Assembly (NCBI GenBank): GCA_044892525.1 | Contig: CM097887.1 | Span: 23,870,001-23,934,000, forward strand | Direction: 5' to 3' | From: Schmidtea polychroa | Taxonomy: Eukaryota | DNA: 64,000 bases | Shown here: positions 25,411-39,611 of the stretch, piece by piece | How positions within the stretch are numbered: the stretch's first letter is position 1 | How the letters are laid out: each line of letters starts with the position of its first letter | Notes under the pieces: model-generated | The model's input: the letters and a program-made list of their open reading frames with translations, nothing else | Databases searched by the model: none | Told to the model about the DNA's origin: nothing | Program-made: the position numbers and the translations under genes

Positions 25411-26070
25411 CTACACAAAATCAAGTTTTGTGTGATATTTCTCAAAGCAGAGAAACAACACACAAACCAACATCACAATGTTTACACTGATATCTTGATT
25501 CTCTGCGTATTTTCCCCCTTTCATCCTTCTTTTAAGAACAAACAGCGCAATGTCGAGTAGAATGCACTTTCTTGGCTGTTGCAGGGACATACTCAAGGAA
25601 ATGACTCTCAGAGAGTCAAACTTGGCCAACCCCTTTGATTCACTGAGGTTCTTTATAATGTGCAAACATCAGCTCAATCAGTTCCAATCGGAAATCAAGT
25701 GGCTTTTTTTATTCCCAGCATTTTTATACGATTTACAATTTGAGGGATAATAGTACGTTCACGTCTTCGTTCAATTTGTACCATTTCAGAGGAATGTACA
25801 GTTGAAAGCAAGGTTACATCCCTCTTATTCTTCCACTTCGTTGTTAAAACTTTTCCATGGCGAAATGCAATAGTTTCACCTTTTTCAATTCTTTTGATTT
25901 GATTGTTCATATTGAACCATTTCTGTTGACGAGTTATGGATACGATCTCTTCAATTTATCCAGTTTTGTACAGCACGTCGTTTTGCAGTACAATGAAAAG
26001 TCTCGGTACGTGACTTTTTGGTATCACCGTTTTGGTGCGGCTCCTTTAGTGAACGATTCCTAGAATTAAA
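25411..26070 (-). mobile_element. piggyBac (PGBD-like) transposase 3' remnant
   Basis: KWKNKRDVTLLSTVH and a C-terminal Cys-rich domain ending CFEKYHT. Frameshifted. Confidence 0.8.
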
Positions 26071-26118
26071 CAATAGTTAAAAGTTATAGTGAACAAAGCA
26101 TCATAGAGTACTTTAGAG

Positions 26119-26331
26119 CAGTGGTTCTCAAACTTTTTTGATCACGACCAAAATTTTTGACATTTCATGTCAAAAATTTTATTGCGACCCACATGACAAA
26201 GATTAAATAAATTTAAAAGGCTTAAACTTCCAAAATTTATATTTTTAGATCTTTCCATAAGTCATCGCGACCCACCAAAAATTCTTTCGCGACCCAAAAA
26301 TGGGTCGCGACCCATAGTTTGAGAAACACTG
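26119..26331. mobile_element. hAT-Charlie (MER5-like) MITE, 213 bp
   Basis: TIRs CAGTGGTTCTCAAAC / GTTTGAGAAACACTG; exact 8-bp TSD CTTTAGAG. Confidence 0.9.
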
Positions 26332-27304
26332 CTTTAGAGGAATGTCGCAATTCTTTTAGATGGAGTAAGAACACTATTGATTGTTTTTTCATTTTCTTTA
26401 TTTTCATTTCTTTTTTAGACTTTCGATCGATATTTTGTTTATAAAGTCTTATGTGCTTATATAATTTGAATAAACCCGATAGGATATACTGCTAAAACCG
26501 TTTGGACAGTCTGGGTGCATGCATATTTACCCCTGATATAATAATAAAAATCCTTGAACAACAGAATAACAAACGAGCTTAATAAAATTAACTAATTAGA
26601 TTTACCGGTAATTTGATGAGTTTTAATCATGTCTAATTAGTTCCTAATAAAACATTCATAATAAAAACTTGTTTTGTGCTCTCCATAGTAAAACTTCTAA
26701 GATATTTCTATATAGAATTAAAATTCATTAAACATAATTGTAATGAAATAAAAACAAAAAATCAGTAAAATCAGATACCAGAATTTGGATTTTTAGCTTT
26801 AATTGATTCTCCTGATTCTTGACTGTAAAATTAACAGCAGCCCGTGCAATTGTTCAAAAACACAAAATTTAAAAAGATCTTCTAATGAATAATATAAATC
26901 CTGCCGCATTCGAACTATTTGTAGCGGAAATTTGTACATTCAATACAAATTCTACTTACAGATTTTGTCATTTATTACCGAGACCTTCAAAATAGGCTAT
27001 CATTACCATGTTTACTTCACATTTTCAGAATAATGAGGATAATTTCGTGATTTTCTTTGTTGATAGTTGATTTATGAATATAAAAAACTGAAAACTTTTA
27101 ATACTCTTTTACAACATTGATGAATTATTTATTCTCAAAAATCCACATTATTATTGTATACTAAACATTATTTCTAAATTTCTCAGTATTTTGCAAAATG
27201 CACTTGTTGCTCTCCAGTTTTATTATTTTCCTTTACTTTTCTTTTTGATTTTATTTGATGATTTAGGAATCGATTTATTTATTAATATTATATTTTTAAA
27301 GTCG

Positions 27305-27480
27305 NNNNNNNNNNNNNNNNNNNNNNNNNNNNNNNNNNNNNNNNNNNNNNNNNNNNNNNNNNNNNNNNNNNNNNNNNNNNNNNNNNNNNNNNNNNNNNNN
27401 NNNNNNNNNNNNNNNNNNNNNNNNNNNNNNNNNNNNNNNNNNNNNNNNNNNNNNNNNNNNNNNNNNNNNNNNNNNNNNNN
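27305..27480. other. Assembly gap (N run)
   Basis: Run of N. Confidence 1.
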
Positions 27481-28656
27481 NAAAATTAAGGAAATTAGTA
27501 TTATTAAATAATTATTAAATTAAAGGACATACTTATGCATACCTTATTATAATTAGTATTCACGAGATTTGTATTCATTATTGGTTATAAATTATTATCA
27601 AATAAATTATGTGTAATGAACGCTTGCTATTCATTAGTTAGCATTCGTATTATTTTGTTAATTGTCATGAAATCGATTTCTGATTTGTTAAATAAATTAC
27701 TTACACTAGCAAATAAAATAAGTTAATAAATGTAATTTCATATTAATTATTTTAACAAACATTGCACATTTGATAATTAATTTCCTAAATATATTTACAT
27801 ACATATTTTTGTAATCACAACACAATAAATAAAATCGATATCGTTTACAAACTAAATGAAAATATTTGAATGAATTTCAGGATAATTTTAATATTCATTC
27901 TATTTTAACTTTTTCGATTTTTTTACTGTTTGAAACACTACATGAGTGCTCAAATGAGTGCTCAAACTAGGTAAACAGGAAAATGAGAGTAATTTTAATA
28001 ATCTTTTGATATTTAAAGTTCTGAATATATATTCATTATACAAGACACAATGATATGCCATGGAAAAATATGTGTTATAAAATTTATTACATTTGTGATG
28101 TTTTTTACATCACATAATTTAAACGAAAATTGATCATTCTCGTCCTTTTGGCTAACTTTTCAAATATTCTTTTTGGATTTATATAAAAAAACCTATAGCC
28201 AATTTAATTTAATCTATCTTCACACGGTTGACCTTAGGTATGTTCTTAGACGTATACTAATAAATATTTATGAAGAATAAGGATTTCTGAATTTGAATTT
28301 TTTAGAGCTAACTGTGGTGGTTTCCCATTGGTGGTTCTGCGCCAAATGCGAGAAACGATCATCCTAATTATTAGATTCTAGATATATAAAATTAGAAGAT
28401 TTCTTTGCTATTCGTTTCAAAATTTTCACAAACATTAATGTCGTTATTTTTTTACAAAAACATTTTTGATATAATTAGTTATTGAAGATTTCCAATAAAT
28501 TAAATAAAGGTTAAGTAAAAGTTTGTTTAAATATTATTTTTTTTTGTTATTTCAAAGGTAAATAAAGAATCTTTTGACATAAAAAGTTCATTTGATTAAT
28601 AATGATTACAAATTTGTTTAAAAGTGGAAATTTTAACTTAAAAAGACTTCCAAAAT

Positions 28657-28950
28657 GGATAAAAACGGCTTTAAAGTATTTTGTACATCTGGACAACCTA
28701 AATCTGATTCAAATGTCAGAAAAGGAACAGAAATAAATAGTATCTGATTTAAAATTATGTCACAAAATGGAACAAAAATGGACTTTTTTTGTTTATAATA
28801 TGTTTGGATTCAATGTCACCCAAATTAGTCGATTTGCTGATTATTTAGCCGAACGTTCATTTAATCTAGTTATGCTAGATTTTTTCCGAGATAAACCGTT
28901 GAACTTAAGTGATTTTCCTTCAGAAAATAAAGATGAATTTACGAAATGGT
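28657..28950 (+). pseudogene. Dienelactone hydrolase family (CMBL-like) pseudogene fragment
   Basis: CTSGQP...KGTEI, then after a stop and frameshift FVYNMFGFNVTQISRFADYLAERSFNLVMLDFFRDKP (family pattern IYDIFG...ADxLAxxGFxVxxPDFFRG). Donor-like GTAAAC after EFTKW. Confidence 0.6.
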
Positions 28951-31900
28951 AAACGAGACTGGATCTAATACTATTGTTGAAAATATCTATATCAATGTTT
29001 CCCACCCTTTTTGTGGGATCTGTATTGTCTCCATAAGTTTTGACACCTTTATCGACCTATCTACACTGAAAGAAAAAAACATACTGACGACCCATGACGT
29101 TAATTTTCAAGGATCATGTGTTGGGCGCAAGAACTTATTATATCTTTTTAAAAATAAATGAAAATATAGTGTGGATAACAAATATTTTGGGGACAAAAAT
29201 GAAAATATTAATGATGATAATAAAGTAATATTGATAATAATAACAAATGCGCAGCCAGATTCCGAAAGTGAGGGGAAAATGTAACAGTCTTACCTTTTGG
29301 ATCATTCTGGTCGTCTGGTGTTCGATGATTTGTGAGGTAGGGTGTTTTCAGTGAACTCAAGCGAGATTCGAATGCAAAATCGGAATTTCAGAATCCAAAG
29401 TTAATCTGCTTTATTCTTGATACATTTAAAATCTTTTTATAGTTAATTTAAATGAGTGATTTGTTGGAACCTGTAGTTCTAAAGTTGACCAAATGAAGTT
29501 TGGATACTCATTCCAACTATAGTTGCGCATATATTAATAAGCTCTGATTTTTAGTTTCCTTTTAGCCCATTAAATAAAATAAATTTTTATAATATGGTCA
29601 TGTATTGATTAATTGGGTATACCTAGTGCACTAAACGTTGATAAGTTTATTTGGTAAATCAAATAATGTACTTCGAAAATTTCTGGTTAAGTTTTACCGG
29701 AATTTCATTGGCATTTGGAATATATATAATCTTCAAAATTAACCCAACAAATTTTATTGTGGAAAATGGATTTGAGGATGTAAATAACGCTATTATTATG
29801 TAACTAGTTCATGATTCTAAAACCGTTCTTCGAAGTGAATTAACATTTTAATTGTTGAAAGAATTAAATTTACAAAAATCACAAAAATATTGATATACCT
29901 TGATATACATACCCTTATTATAATATTTAGTTGCTAGAATCAGTTCTAGAAATTTTGAAATTGATCAGTAATGTTGGGAAAATATAATCAGAATTTCTGC
30001 GTATTTAATAATCTAAAATTAATCTATACAGTAGTGTTGAGTAAAAAGACGGTTTGGCCAGTAGAGTTATTTAATGACGAGTCTTTGTTAAAACCTTGAT
30101 GATGTATATTGGATAAACTTAGTATAAAGATGCTGCAGAATTGGAAAATATATATTACTAATTATTAATTATTAATTATACTCACATAAATTTAAAAGAT
30201 TTAGTTGAACAATCATTCTTTTTAAAGGATTATTATTATTTCTATTTATTATTCTATTATTTCATAATAAATACATAATTGATATTGGAAATTTTATATT
30301 AACATAATTTTAATCGATAATATGATATTTTTATTATATATAAAATTAAAAAATTGCAATACCTTTTATCACATTAAATTAAATTAGTAACATAGTAACA
30401 TTAAATTAGTAACATAAATGCTACATTATAAATCTTAATTATTGAAATTAATTAATTTTTATTCGTAGTAATTTGTTATGCCTGGGCATTCTAACACGCC
30501 TATACAATATTTTTAAACTTAAATTTTAAACAAATCTTTTTTTGAAATCGGATATTTTTTCATTGAAGAGGTGTTGTGTTGGATTGTTCAATATCTAACT
30601 ACCAATATGACACCATTTTTTATTCTTTTAAACACAGATTAGCATAGAGATTTATTGGTATAAATAATTTTCAATCCAAATAATATTTTATTCAAATAAT
30701 AAGTCGTACACCCAGTTTTCATATACTTTTAGACAAACGTACATAAATAATAATATTATACATGCTTATAAAATATTTATTATTTTCGTAAACATTTATA
30801 ATGTATAATATCATATCTCTACAATCATCACTCATTCGTTATTGAGGCAAACTAGTAGTTTTTTTCAAGTTATGCAAATCCAGTGCAATCTTTCTGCTAT
30901 AGAAATTATTTTTGGAGAATACATTTTCAGTTTGATACACTCGATTAAAGGTATTTTCGATGTTGCTTCCTTTGAGTTTATTCATTCCACGGCGCGTCTT
31001 CGGTTTTCGCATAGAAGCTATTCTTTTTCGAATGTGACAATATAATCCATATATTTGTCTATCGAATTTTTTTTGATTTACCATGTTTTCTACTATTATA
31101 GTATTAGAGTAGTGGTATTAGAATAGTAGAATAGTAGTATTAGAATAGTTATTTTTAAATTTTCAATTACGTTTGTAAACCGCCAACCTTTCATCACTAA
31201 TAATCAATTGCTTAGTGAATTGAGTATCCACAACTACTTTACTTCCTTTCACATTCTTGACTTTTCTCATTCTGACTTGTTTGGAAGTGACATTACATGC
31301 AAGTGAAACATTACATGCAAATGTCCTTTAATGTCAATCACTTGAGTCTAAAACTGTATTTTTATGCGCAATATATAGAACTGCAGTTTTAATATTCGAC
31401 TAACTTCCTTATGGTGCAAATGATGTAGTTCTTGTTTTGCGTGGTAATTTTATTCAATTGTCTGTCATCGTTAAATACACTAAGGAAATTCATTTTTAAA
31501 ACTAGCTTCCTTCTCGAAATATTTGAAACCAATGTTGAGCTGTAGATTCTCGTAATATATTCTTAATGATTGTTTGAAATTGCTAGTAGAAATTGCTTTT
31601 TGAACTCATAATAAAATTACTGGAATTTGCCTTTTCCAACTTATATTGGACAACATTTAATGAACAAGAATAAATATTGAAAACAAAACTATTAGCATAA
31701 ATTTGCATAACTATTTTAGTCTTTAAATGGTATATTACGTGATCATAGTTAAATAAAATTTTATTTCAAAATAAACATCAAAGTTTAAGAAAACAATGAA
31801 TTCAATTGTATTTACATCAATCTAACAATTCATTAGTAGATGAAGGTAAGAGTTGTAATTGATTAAATATCTCCACACAAAACAAAAAAGTTTATTACAC

Positions 31901-34060
31901 TGATATTCAATCGAATTGCGTTATATCCGAGTACTTAACGGATACACCGTTCTTGAGTTTAATTGTAATCCTTTAACTTTCTATGGAGTTAAAAAATTTT
32001 CAATAGTTCTTTAATCGATTTCTTAAATTTTACACGAAGCCCTTCAAATTTTATACATAAATGAATATAAATTATCATTTTATAAAAAACTAAAATTTAA
32101 ATTCACTTTAGCAAACATTTTTTCTAAATATTTAAGCGAAATTGTACAATTACTCAAAAAACTTGGAATTAATAAAAATGGAATAAGTACGGAAATGAAT
32201 ATTAATTCAATTTTTAAGACTTAAACTAATAAAATTGAATTAACGAAAATTAATAAAGAACTGGAATTGAAATGTTATGAAAGTTATAATATCAAAGAAA
32301 GGCAAATTTTATACCTCTAATAAAACAGTTTTTTTTCGAAACCCCTTTCAATTTTTCCTCACACTGTTATATTTTTCTAGCAATATCCGTTTAATTAAAA
32401 GATTCATGTTATCGGTCGTCTTGTTAGAGGCAATTAAATTAAACTCTTCTCTTTCATTTTAAGATTTCAAAAAACACATTTAGATAAATTTTTTTTAAAT
32501 CTTAAAGAATTATTAATGTCTTTTATTTGATTTTAATTTTTAATTAAATGACAATAACTTATTAAATTGTATCTATAGGAGTTTTGAAACTCTTTCATGA
32601 AATGTATTTGGATATAACATTTTGAGTTGAAACCGTATAAATATTGAGTATTGAAATTCTAGTTAATGTAATAGAAAATCTCTATTTATTACTAAAATTA
32701 TATTTCCTAACCTAATGACGGATATAACTGCAATGTATAAATTTGAATGAATTTCTATGAACTGCAGTTGTATATTCGACTGCTGTGTTTCCGTCGTTAG
32801 ATGCATTTATTAGAGTTCGTGACAATCGGTTTACATCCACTTCTGCGCCAAATCTAGAGGTTCATTACAATTGTAATTTAACAGAAAATAACAATTTAGA
32901 AAACATGTAAAACCAACAAATAAATAAATTATTTAATTAAGTTTAACTAGTATTTGCCTAAAATTAACAGACACTTATTATAAAATATACAATATCAATG
33001 CTTCCATTACCAAATATTTCCCGAAGAATAGATATTCTTGCAGTTGTTTGTTTATATTTTTTGATGCATAAATTAAGCTCATTTTCTCTTATTGAATTGA
33101 TAATATTTCTTTGTGAGACAAATAAATTTGTTGTACCAATCTTCGACGCAGAAAATCAGGTATATTTGCAAATCAACTTGTATTTCTACTTTTGTCTTGC
33201 ATATTTAAGATAATGGGTGAGAAGTATTATTTCATATATGATATAAATCTTTTCTCATCGACGATTTTTTTGGTTTTTTGCTTGCAGCGTTAAAAGGTTA
33301 AGAATCTATTTCTTCTAATACAATTTGTATTTCTAAATTTCGTATGATAAAAAATTATTAGGTTTCAATATGTATCCCTAGCACTGTAATAATTGAAAAT
33401 TTCACCAAATATTAGTTATCCTGATTACCAGAATTTCCAAGATTTTTAAAATTTTAATATAAAAACTTTTTATCAATTCAAGTGATAATTCATTCACTGT
33501 TTTTCACTTTTATATGAGTTAGATTATTCAAAATATTTTATTTACAGTTTTTTAATACTCAATGAATATCAGTTTTAACAAATTAATGATAAAAAAATTA
33601 CCATTTAAACATTTTCAAAATTAAGAATGAATCCAATGAATCTTTTTTGTATTTATTAGTTAATTAAATAATATATTTTGCATTTAAGTATTCAAAAAGT
33701 GTGATTAAATAAAAACATTTAGCATTTAATTAAAATTACAATTTTATTAAAAATAATGAAATTATATCGACTTCATAACAATACATTTTTAATGCTATTT
33801 AGAAAACGTTTTTGGAATGTCAATTAATGCTTTTTTGTGCACTGATTCAATTTTTTGGATTAGGCAATATAATAAAATAAGAATGTACAAGCATTACTGA
33901 TTAATTTAAGCGGTTAATCCCGGTCATCAATCATTAACCATTCAACGTCGAGACTTGGCAGGACTAGCATTAAAATTTAAAAAATAAATTATTTGATTGG
34001 GCATAATTAATTATAAAACCAGTGAATTTTTAATTTAGGCTTTATTTGTATATTTGCATA

Positions 34061-36286
34061 CACCAGTACCTCGCCTTACGGCCTAGATATATTCCACGAA
34101 ACTTGGCCACAAAACGAAAATCCATATAAGGAATCAATTATTCTAATACAAATTTATACAAATTCAATGGGATCGGTTCCAAATTTGTTAAATATGTAAC
34201 ATGGTTTATCATTCAAAATGCATTTTATCTTTTTTTTTCATTTAAATCAAAAATACATACATTTGTTACATACATAATTTTTTTTTTAAATGACTTTAAT
34301 CTGAAGACGATGAAGAAATGGTAACCTGCAGGTCACTGTCATCATCATTTTTCGTTGGTAAGGATGGGCCTGGGTTAAAAAATTGGCCAACGTGTTTGTC
34401 TTGCCTTTTTGTCTATTACGTTCTTCAGTGATTTATAGCAGCTAATGGCTGAGTTAATTCCTCGAGAAACCTTAGCGCCACGTTTGACGCTAGAATCATT
34501 TTCAAGGAGGATGTTTATTCCTTGTTCGAAATAGGAAAAAGCTTTCGACAATTTTTTTGATGTTAGCTGTTTGGATACAACAGGATCTGTCTCTTCATCA
34601 AATGTCGGTTCTGCTTGCAACTGAATCAGTTCCTATATGAAAGAGTTCCCTATCAGATACAAGTAGATCAAGCACATCACGTGTGCTAGATCCTAAATGT
34701 TTTGCCTAATTTCAGGAAGAAAATTAACTTCTGCATCAGTACTTTTTACACATTCTGGCCATATTTTTATCCAGACATGGTTCATTGTTGTTAATTTTAA
34801 TTCCTTCCATGATTCACTGATGTTATAGTTTCTCCAAAATGTTTTAATTGACGATTTACCATCGGTTTCCCTTATAAGCTGTCGGAAAGTTCGGCGTAGG
34901 TAATAAGTCTTAAAAGTGGCTATTGCACCCTGATTCATCGGTTGGATCAGAGCTGTTGTATTTTTCGGAAGGTACTCAATCATGACATTTTCAGATAGTT
35001 CGGATAAATTAGTAAGATACCTTGATGCATTATCCAAAATTAGCAAAGCCTTGTTGCTTAAGTTATTGTCTCAAATATTTTTTCACTTCTGTACAAAAGT
35101 GATGTTTGAACCAAACATCAAAAGTAGCTTTAGTCATACAAACTTTCTAATTGGATCTCCATATGACTGGTAATTGATTTATATTTAGTCCGTTAAGAGG
35201 CTTTAAGAGGATTTTCTGACAAATATATAAAAAATGGTTTTAGCTTAAAATCACCCGCAGCATTTGCACCAAGTAGGAAAGTTAATCATTCTTTAGACAC
35301 CTTATAATCAGGCGCAGATTTTTCGATCTTTGAAATCGACGTGCGATAAGGCATTCGGTTCCAATAAAGCCCTGTTTCGTCTACGTTAAACACTTGTTCA
35401 GGTTTATAACTACCTTTTTCAATAATTTCCTTTAAAATGTTGGGATATTCATGAGATGCGGCCTCATCGGGGCTAGCTGCTTCACCTTTCATTTTCAAAT
35501 TATGCAAATTAAAGCTTTTAAATTTTTCAAACCATCCCCGGCTTGCTTGGAATGTGACATCTTTAGAAGATTAATCGGTATCTCCATTCAAATTTTCGAA
35601 AATACTTAAAGCTTTTTCCTGGATAGTCATTTGACTCATTGGCATTCTCCGTTTGTTATTGTCCTCAATCCATATAATCAATAGTTTTTCCATTTTTCCA
35701 TAATCCAGTTTCTTTGGCGTGTTAAGCTCGAGACAATTAAAGGTGCAGCATATTGCAAATATGTTTTAATGTTTTCTTTTTTATCGCAAATAGTTTGAAT
35801 AGTAGATTTTGCAAGTTTTTTGCCTTTCAAATTTGAACAATTTTTTCTCCAGTTTCTATCCTAGCGTGACTGATTTTCAGCATCTCTTTTTATCAGTCTC
35901 CGAAGTTGATTGCCGTTTCAGTGCCATTTTGTCTAAAAAATAATGAAATTATAAAATAAGTTTAATAAAAAAATACATTAAAATTTTTTAATTTCTACAT
36001 ACATATATATGTACATTTCCAATTTTCCGGTTAATGTGTAACAATCAGTAATAAATATTTACATAAAACACTCACAGATCAATCGCTTTATCAGCACACA
36101 CTGAATAACGCTCGTAAACAAAGGGAAACAAGTAAAAAAGAGATTGAGCTTGCGTAATATTGGCAACATGTAGATATATCGACATTGATTTGCCGTTATA
36201 GCGAAATATTTTAAGCCGTAAATCGAAAACGTGCCTTAATTGAAGAGGGACGTTATAGCGAAATGCCGTATAGCGATGTATGGGTT
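34061..36286 (-). mobile_element. Tigger/pogo-like DNA transposon (decayed, ~2.2 kb)
   Basis: Broken transposase at 34375-35927: FQASRGWFENFK, PEQVFNVDETGLYWNRMP, LLILDNAS, YLPKNTTALIQPMNQG. TA-flanked terminus CACCAGTACCTCGCCTTACGGC with a degenerate partner near 36265-36286. Confidence 0.9.
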
Positions 36287-37400
36287 AAAAAGTTTAACAT
36301 TTAATCCTGCCCGTTATTTCTTTCATTACTCAAGTTTAACACGTTTAATATTCAAATTTAAAAGAAAACAATATATTCAAACGATTTTGTTCCTTATAAT
36401 GAACTTAAAAATTTTGGTTTTAGTATAATTTAATATCACTCCTATATCTCTATATAGAAAACCATGTTTGGATTTAAATTTTTCGAATGGTTCGCAACTT
36501 TGATGATAACATTTGTTAAATTCCATCGCAGTTTTCTAATTTTTTTGCTAGCTATTTATTAGAAGATTAATTCAAAATATACATATTTTTTAATGTTATT
36601 ATAATGGCATTTTTCTATATACTCATCACGCAATATATAAAAATGACAAATTCTAATTTTTTAAAAACATTTTTAGTCTTAACATGAGATCAAAGCTTAA
36701 AATAGTAATTTGAAATTTTCGTCGAATAACTTGATTTATCACAATGTGTCCATCTTGTTTGATTATTAGTTTATCAAAGTGCAGTGTAAAATAAGTATCT
36801 CAAAGAATTTGATAGAAATCAAATTATATAATAAATCACCATTTTAAATATTGAAAGTTATTCAATAATATTAATATTTAACAAAGACAAAGTACATTAA
36901 TTATTTTGTCAATATCACAATATATTACCTATAACATTAAAATCTTTTACCTTCACTTAATCAGTTTTTTCATTTACAATTTTTTAATCGTAATTTTTTT
37001 CAGGCTAGATTAATGTTTTATTTTCTATTTAACATGAATTTTTGGCAAATCTTTTTCAAGACATTGTACGATATAGACTTTAATATAACCTTCTAGATGA
37101 TTATTAACTCTCGATAAAATATTCTATATTTCAATATTAATTTAGTTTGAGTTTCTTTGTCATATTGACATTTTTAGATGTATTTAATTTAAAAATAGAA
37201 TTGAATTAGCAATAAAAATAATATATTAAAAATGCACTACATTAAATTTTTGCACCGGTAAAATATTAAAAAATTTATCCGCAACATTAGTATACGTACT
37301 AATGTATACCCAATCTTTCATTGTTCCCTTTTCATATCTACTCGTATAATACGATTGATTTGAGCAAGTTCAATTAATTATTTTAATGAAAAGAATATTA

Positions 37401-37800
37401 TAAGGTTGAAGAGAAAGTTCTGTCATATTAAAAACATCTCAATGAATATGTGATCCAATTAAGACAAATCCACAAGTTTAATATGGTCTCCAACAGTTGT
37501 ATTCTTTAGTTGTTTGATGTGGATTATGGTCCAACTTGGACTGCGGAATATCATTATTAATCGTACATTGTCGTCCAGATTGAGTGTGTTCTTTTGTGTC
37601 TAGATCTCCGGAACGTAAATTTGTAAACCATCTTTGGCAGGTACAAACATTTTGCATTTCTTTCAAATAATGCACATAATTTTTTACATAGCTTCCTCTC
37701 TTGAACTCATACATCATCGAATGTCATATATGTACTTTATTCACTGACATCACTATAAATATCATAAATATCAAAAGTTTTATGTTGAAAAACGGAATAA
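37401..37800 (-). mobile_element. mariner remnant (HTH region, internally deleted)
   Basis: TCQRWFTNLRSGDLDTKEHTQSGRQ...NPHQTTKE; mariner-like TIR TA|TAAGGTTG at 37399-37408. Confidence 0.75.
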
Positions 37801-38281
37801 AAGAAAAAAACTCATGATAAATTAATAGTAAGACATTTTTTAATTATAAGCAAAATTACCTGTTTATTTAAAATACGACAAAATTTTCCCAATATTCGCA
37901 TCCACTATTGTGACATAATATGTGGACTTTTAAATAAAGATGAAAGGTAGATAATGGAACATACCTAGCTTGATCGGTTTAATTAATATCAAAATTAAAA
38001 CATTCAGTACCTTACCGAAGTCCTTATTTTTCCATATACATTTCTTTCGGTTATCATTTTAACATTGCAGATAGGGTTTGTTGGGTTTAGTTCTTGAATT
38101 TCTAAAGCAAATATTTAATATTACAATTTTATTAATTAATGCATTATAACGGCACAGGACTTTGATCTTTATTGAAAGCTTTTTCTAGAATTTGATCAAT
38201 CGAATTCTATTTCAAATCCCGCGCCTTTCCTCACATATCTAGAATTTTTAATTTTTTCGAGATTTGAGTTTCGTGTTTTAG

Positions 38282-38689
38282 ATCGTTCTATATCGCCAAG
38301 AAGAAGTCGCTTCAACTGAGACAGATTTCGCACAACTTCATCATATGCTTACCAGTCTACCTAAAACGCTGCCAATTGAAACTCTTATCAGTGATGCAAT
38401 GGACCTTTTTCTCAGACACTCTCCAGAACAACTAATTGTTTCAAAGACTTTACCACGCCAAATTAATTTAAGATTGACAACAATTGGCAGTGAAATTATT
38501 CGTCGGAAAAAGGGTCCAATAGGTGATTCTATTGACACGAGAGTCCGTGCTACTTACCATCGATCGGTGTCACCAATTTCACTTCTCAATTTTGTAATAT
38601 CGAGAAATTCTGATTGGGCTAGTAAGATTATTATCGTAACTATTCTCGTTGGTATTCTTTCAGTGCTTGTTAGACTTTGGTTTTTCTAA
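38282..38689 (+). CDS. TBC1D20: TBC1D20 terminal exon with C-terminal TM anchor
   Basis: TTTTAG|IVLYRQEEV...LHHMLTSLPKTLPIETLISDAMDLF matches the recalled human IVLYREQEV...HHLLSQIPQDLPYETLISRAGDLF. Phase 0 with the donor at 21411. Ends in a hydrophobic helix. Confidence 0.85.
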   Translation: MVLYRQEEVASTETDFAQLHHMLTSLPKTLPIETLISDAMDLFLRHSPEQLIVSKTLPRQINLRLTTIGSEIIRRKKGPIGDSIDTRVRATYHRSVSPISLLNFVISRNSDWASKIIIVTILVGILSVLVRLWFF

Positions 38690-39611
38690 TTCTTATTTGA
38701 ATTTGTTGGATTATTTGTGATTTTCTTTTAATCGAATTCGATTTCATTACTTTAAAGAAAATCTTCCGATTATTCTGATTCCAATTTTCATAAAAAATGT
38801 TGATTATATTTCTAATAAACGGTGTTATCGATCTTTTATTTTGAATTATGAGAAAATAACAATATATCAATTATTTAATAATATATCAATATCAATTATT
38901 TAATAATTCAATTATATAAAATCTTACTACTTCAGTTATCTACTTACTATTGACAGTAGTTAATCACATTCATTTAAAAATCTTTATTTACTTTACTATA
39001 CTTATATATTTATTTTTGATGCGAGTTTGAAATATTTTTAAAATGAGTGTAGTGAGCCGTTACACGGCCTTAACAAAATCTATATAAATATACATAAAAA
39101 ATAAAGTAGCCTAAATAATAACGAATAAGGATCAATTATAACACAATTATGGCTAATCACATATCACCTATAATTGCACATTAGTTGGAACATCGCAGTC
39201 TACTCTATCTCATTCCAAGAGTCAATCAAAATTCATGCAATCAGCTAATACTTCTTATCAATCAGCTCGGTGAAATATATAATATCAATCAGTGACCGCG
39301 GAACAGTTTTTGAGCTGGTGGGGCTAATATCAGCTAGTCGTAAAGTTCGATAGACCTCTATCTAGAGAAGAGGAAGGGCAATTGTAGAAACCACCGCTGT
39401 TTGTATTTTATGGATCGTTTTTTGGCCAAACCTTTTTTAAATGATGGTCATTTTTAATCTTTCATCCGCCCCAAACAAAAGTCTCCACGCGATGACCCTA
39501 GCTAATAGTTTTTACAGTGTTACTTTACTATGAGTTTCTATTTATTCCCATATCAGTTAAGTCAATAAAACTCCATTAGGCTATATTAGGTGATGCACAA
39601 TGACAAGAAAG

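Noticed and set aside
30800-33300. Scattered exon-like minus-strand segments inside the TBC1D20 intron
   Set aside because: Short, stop-interrupted and without recognisable motifs; cannot support a gene call.
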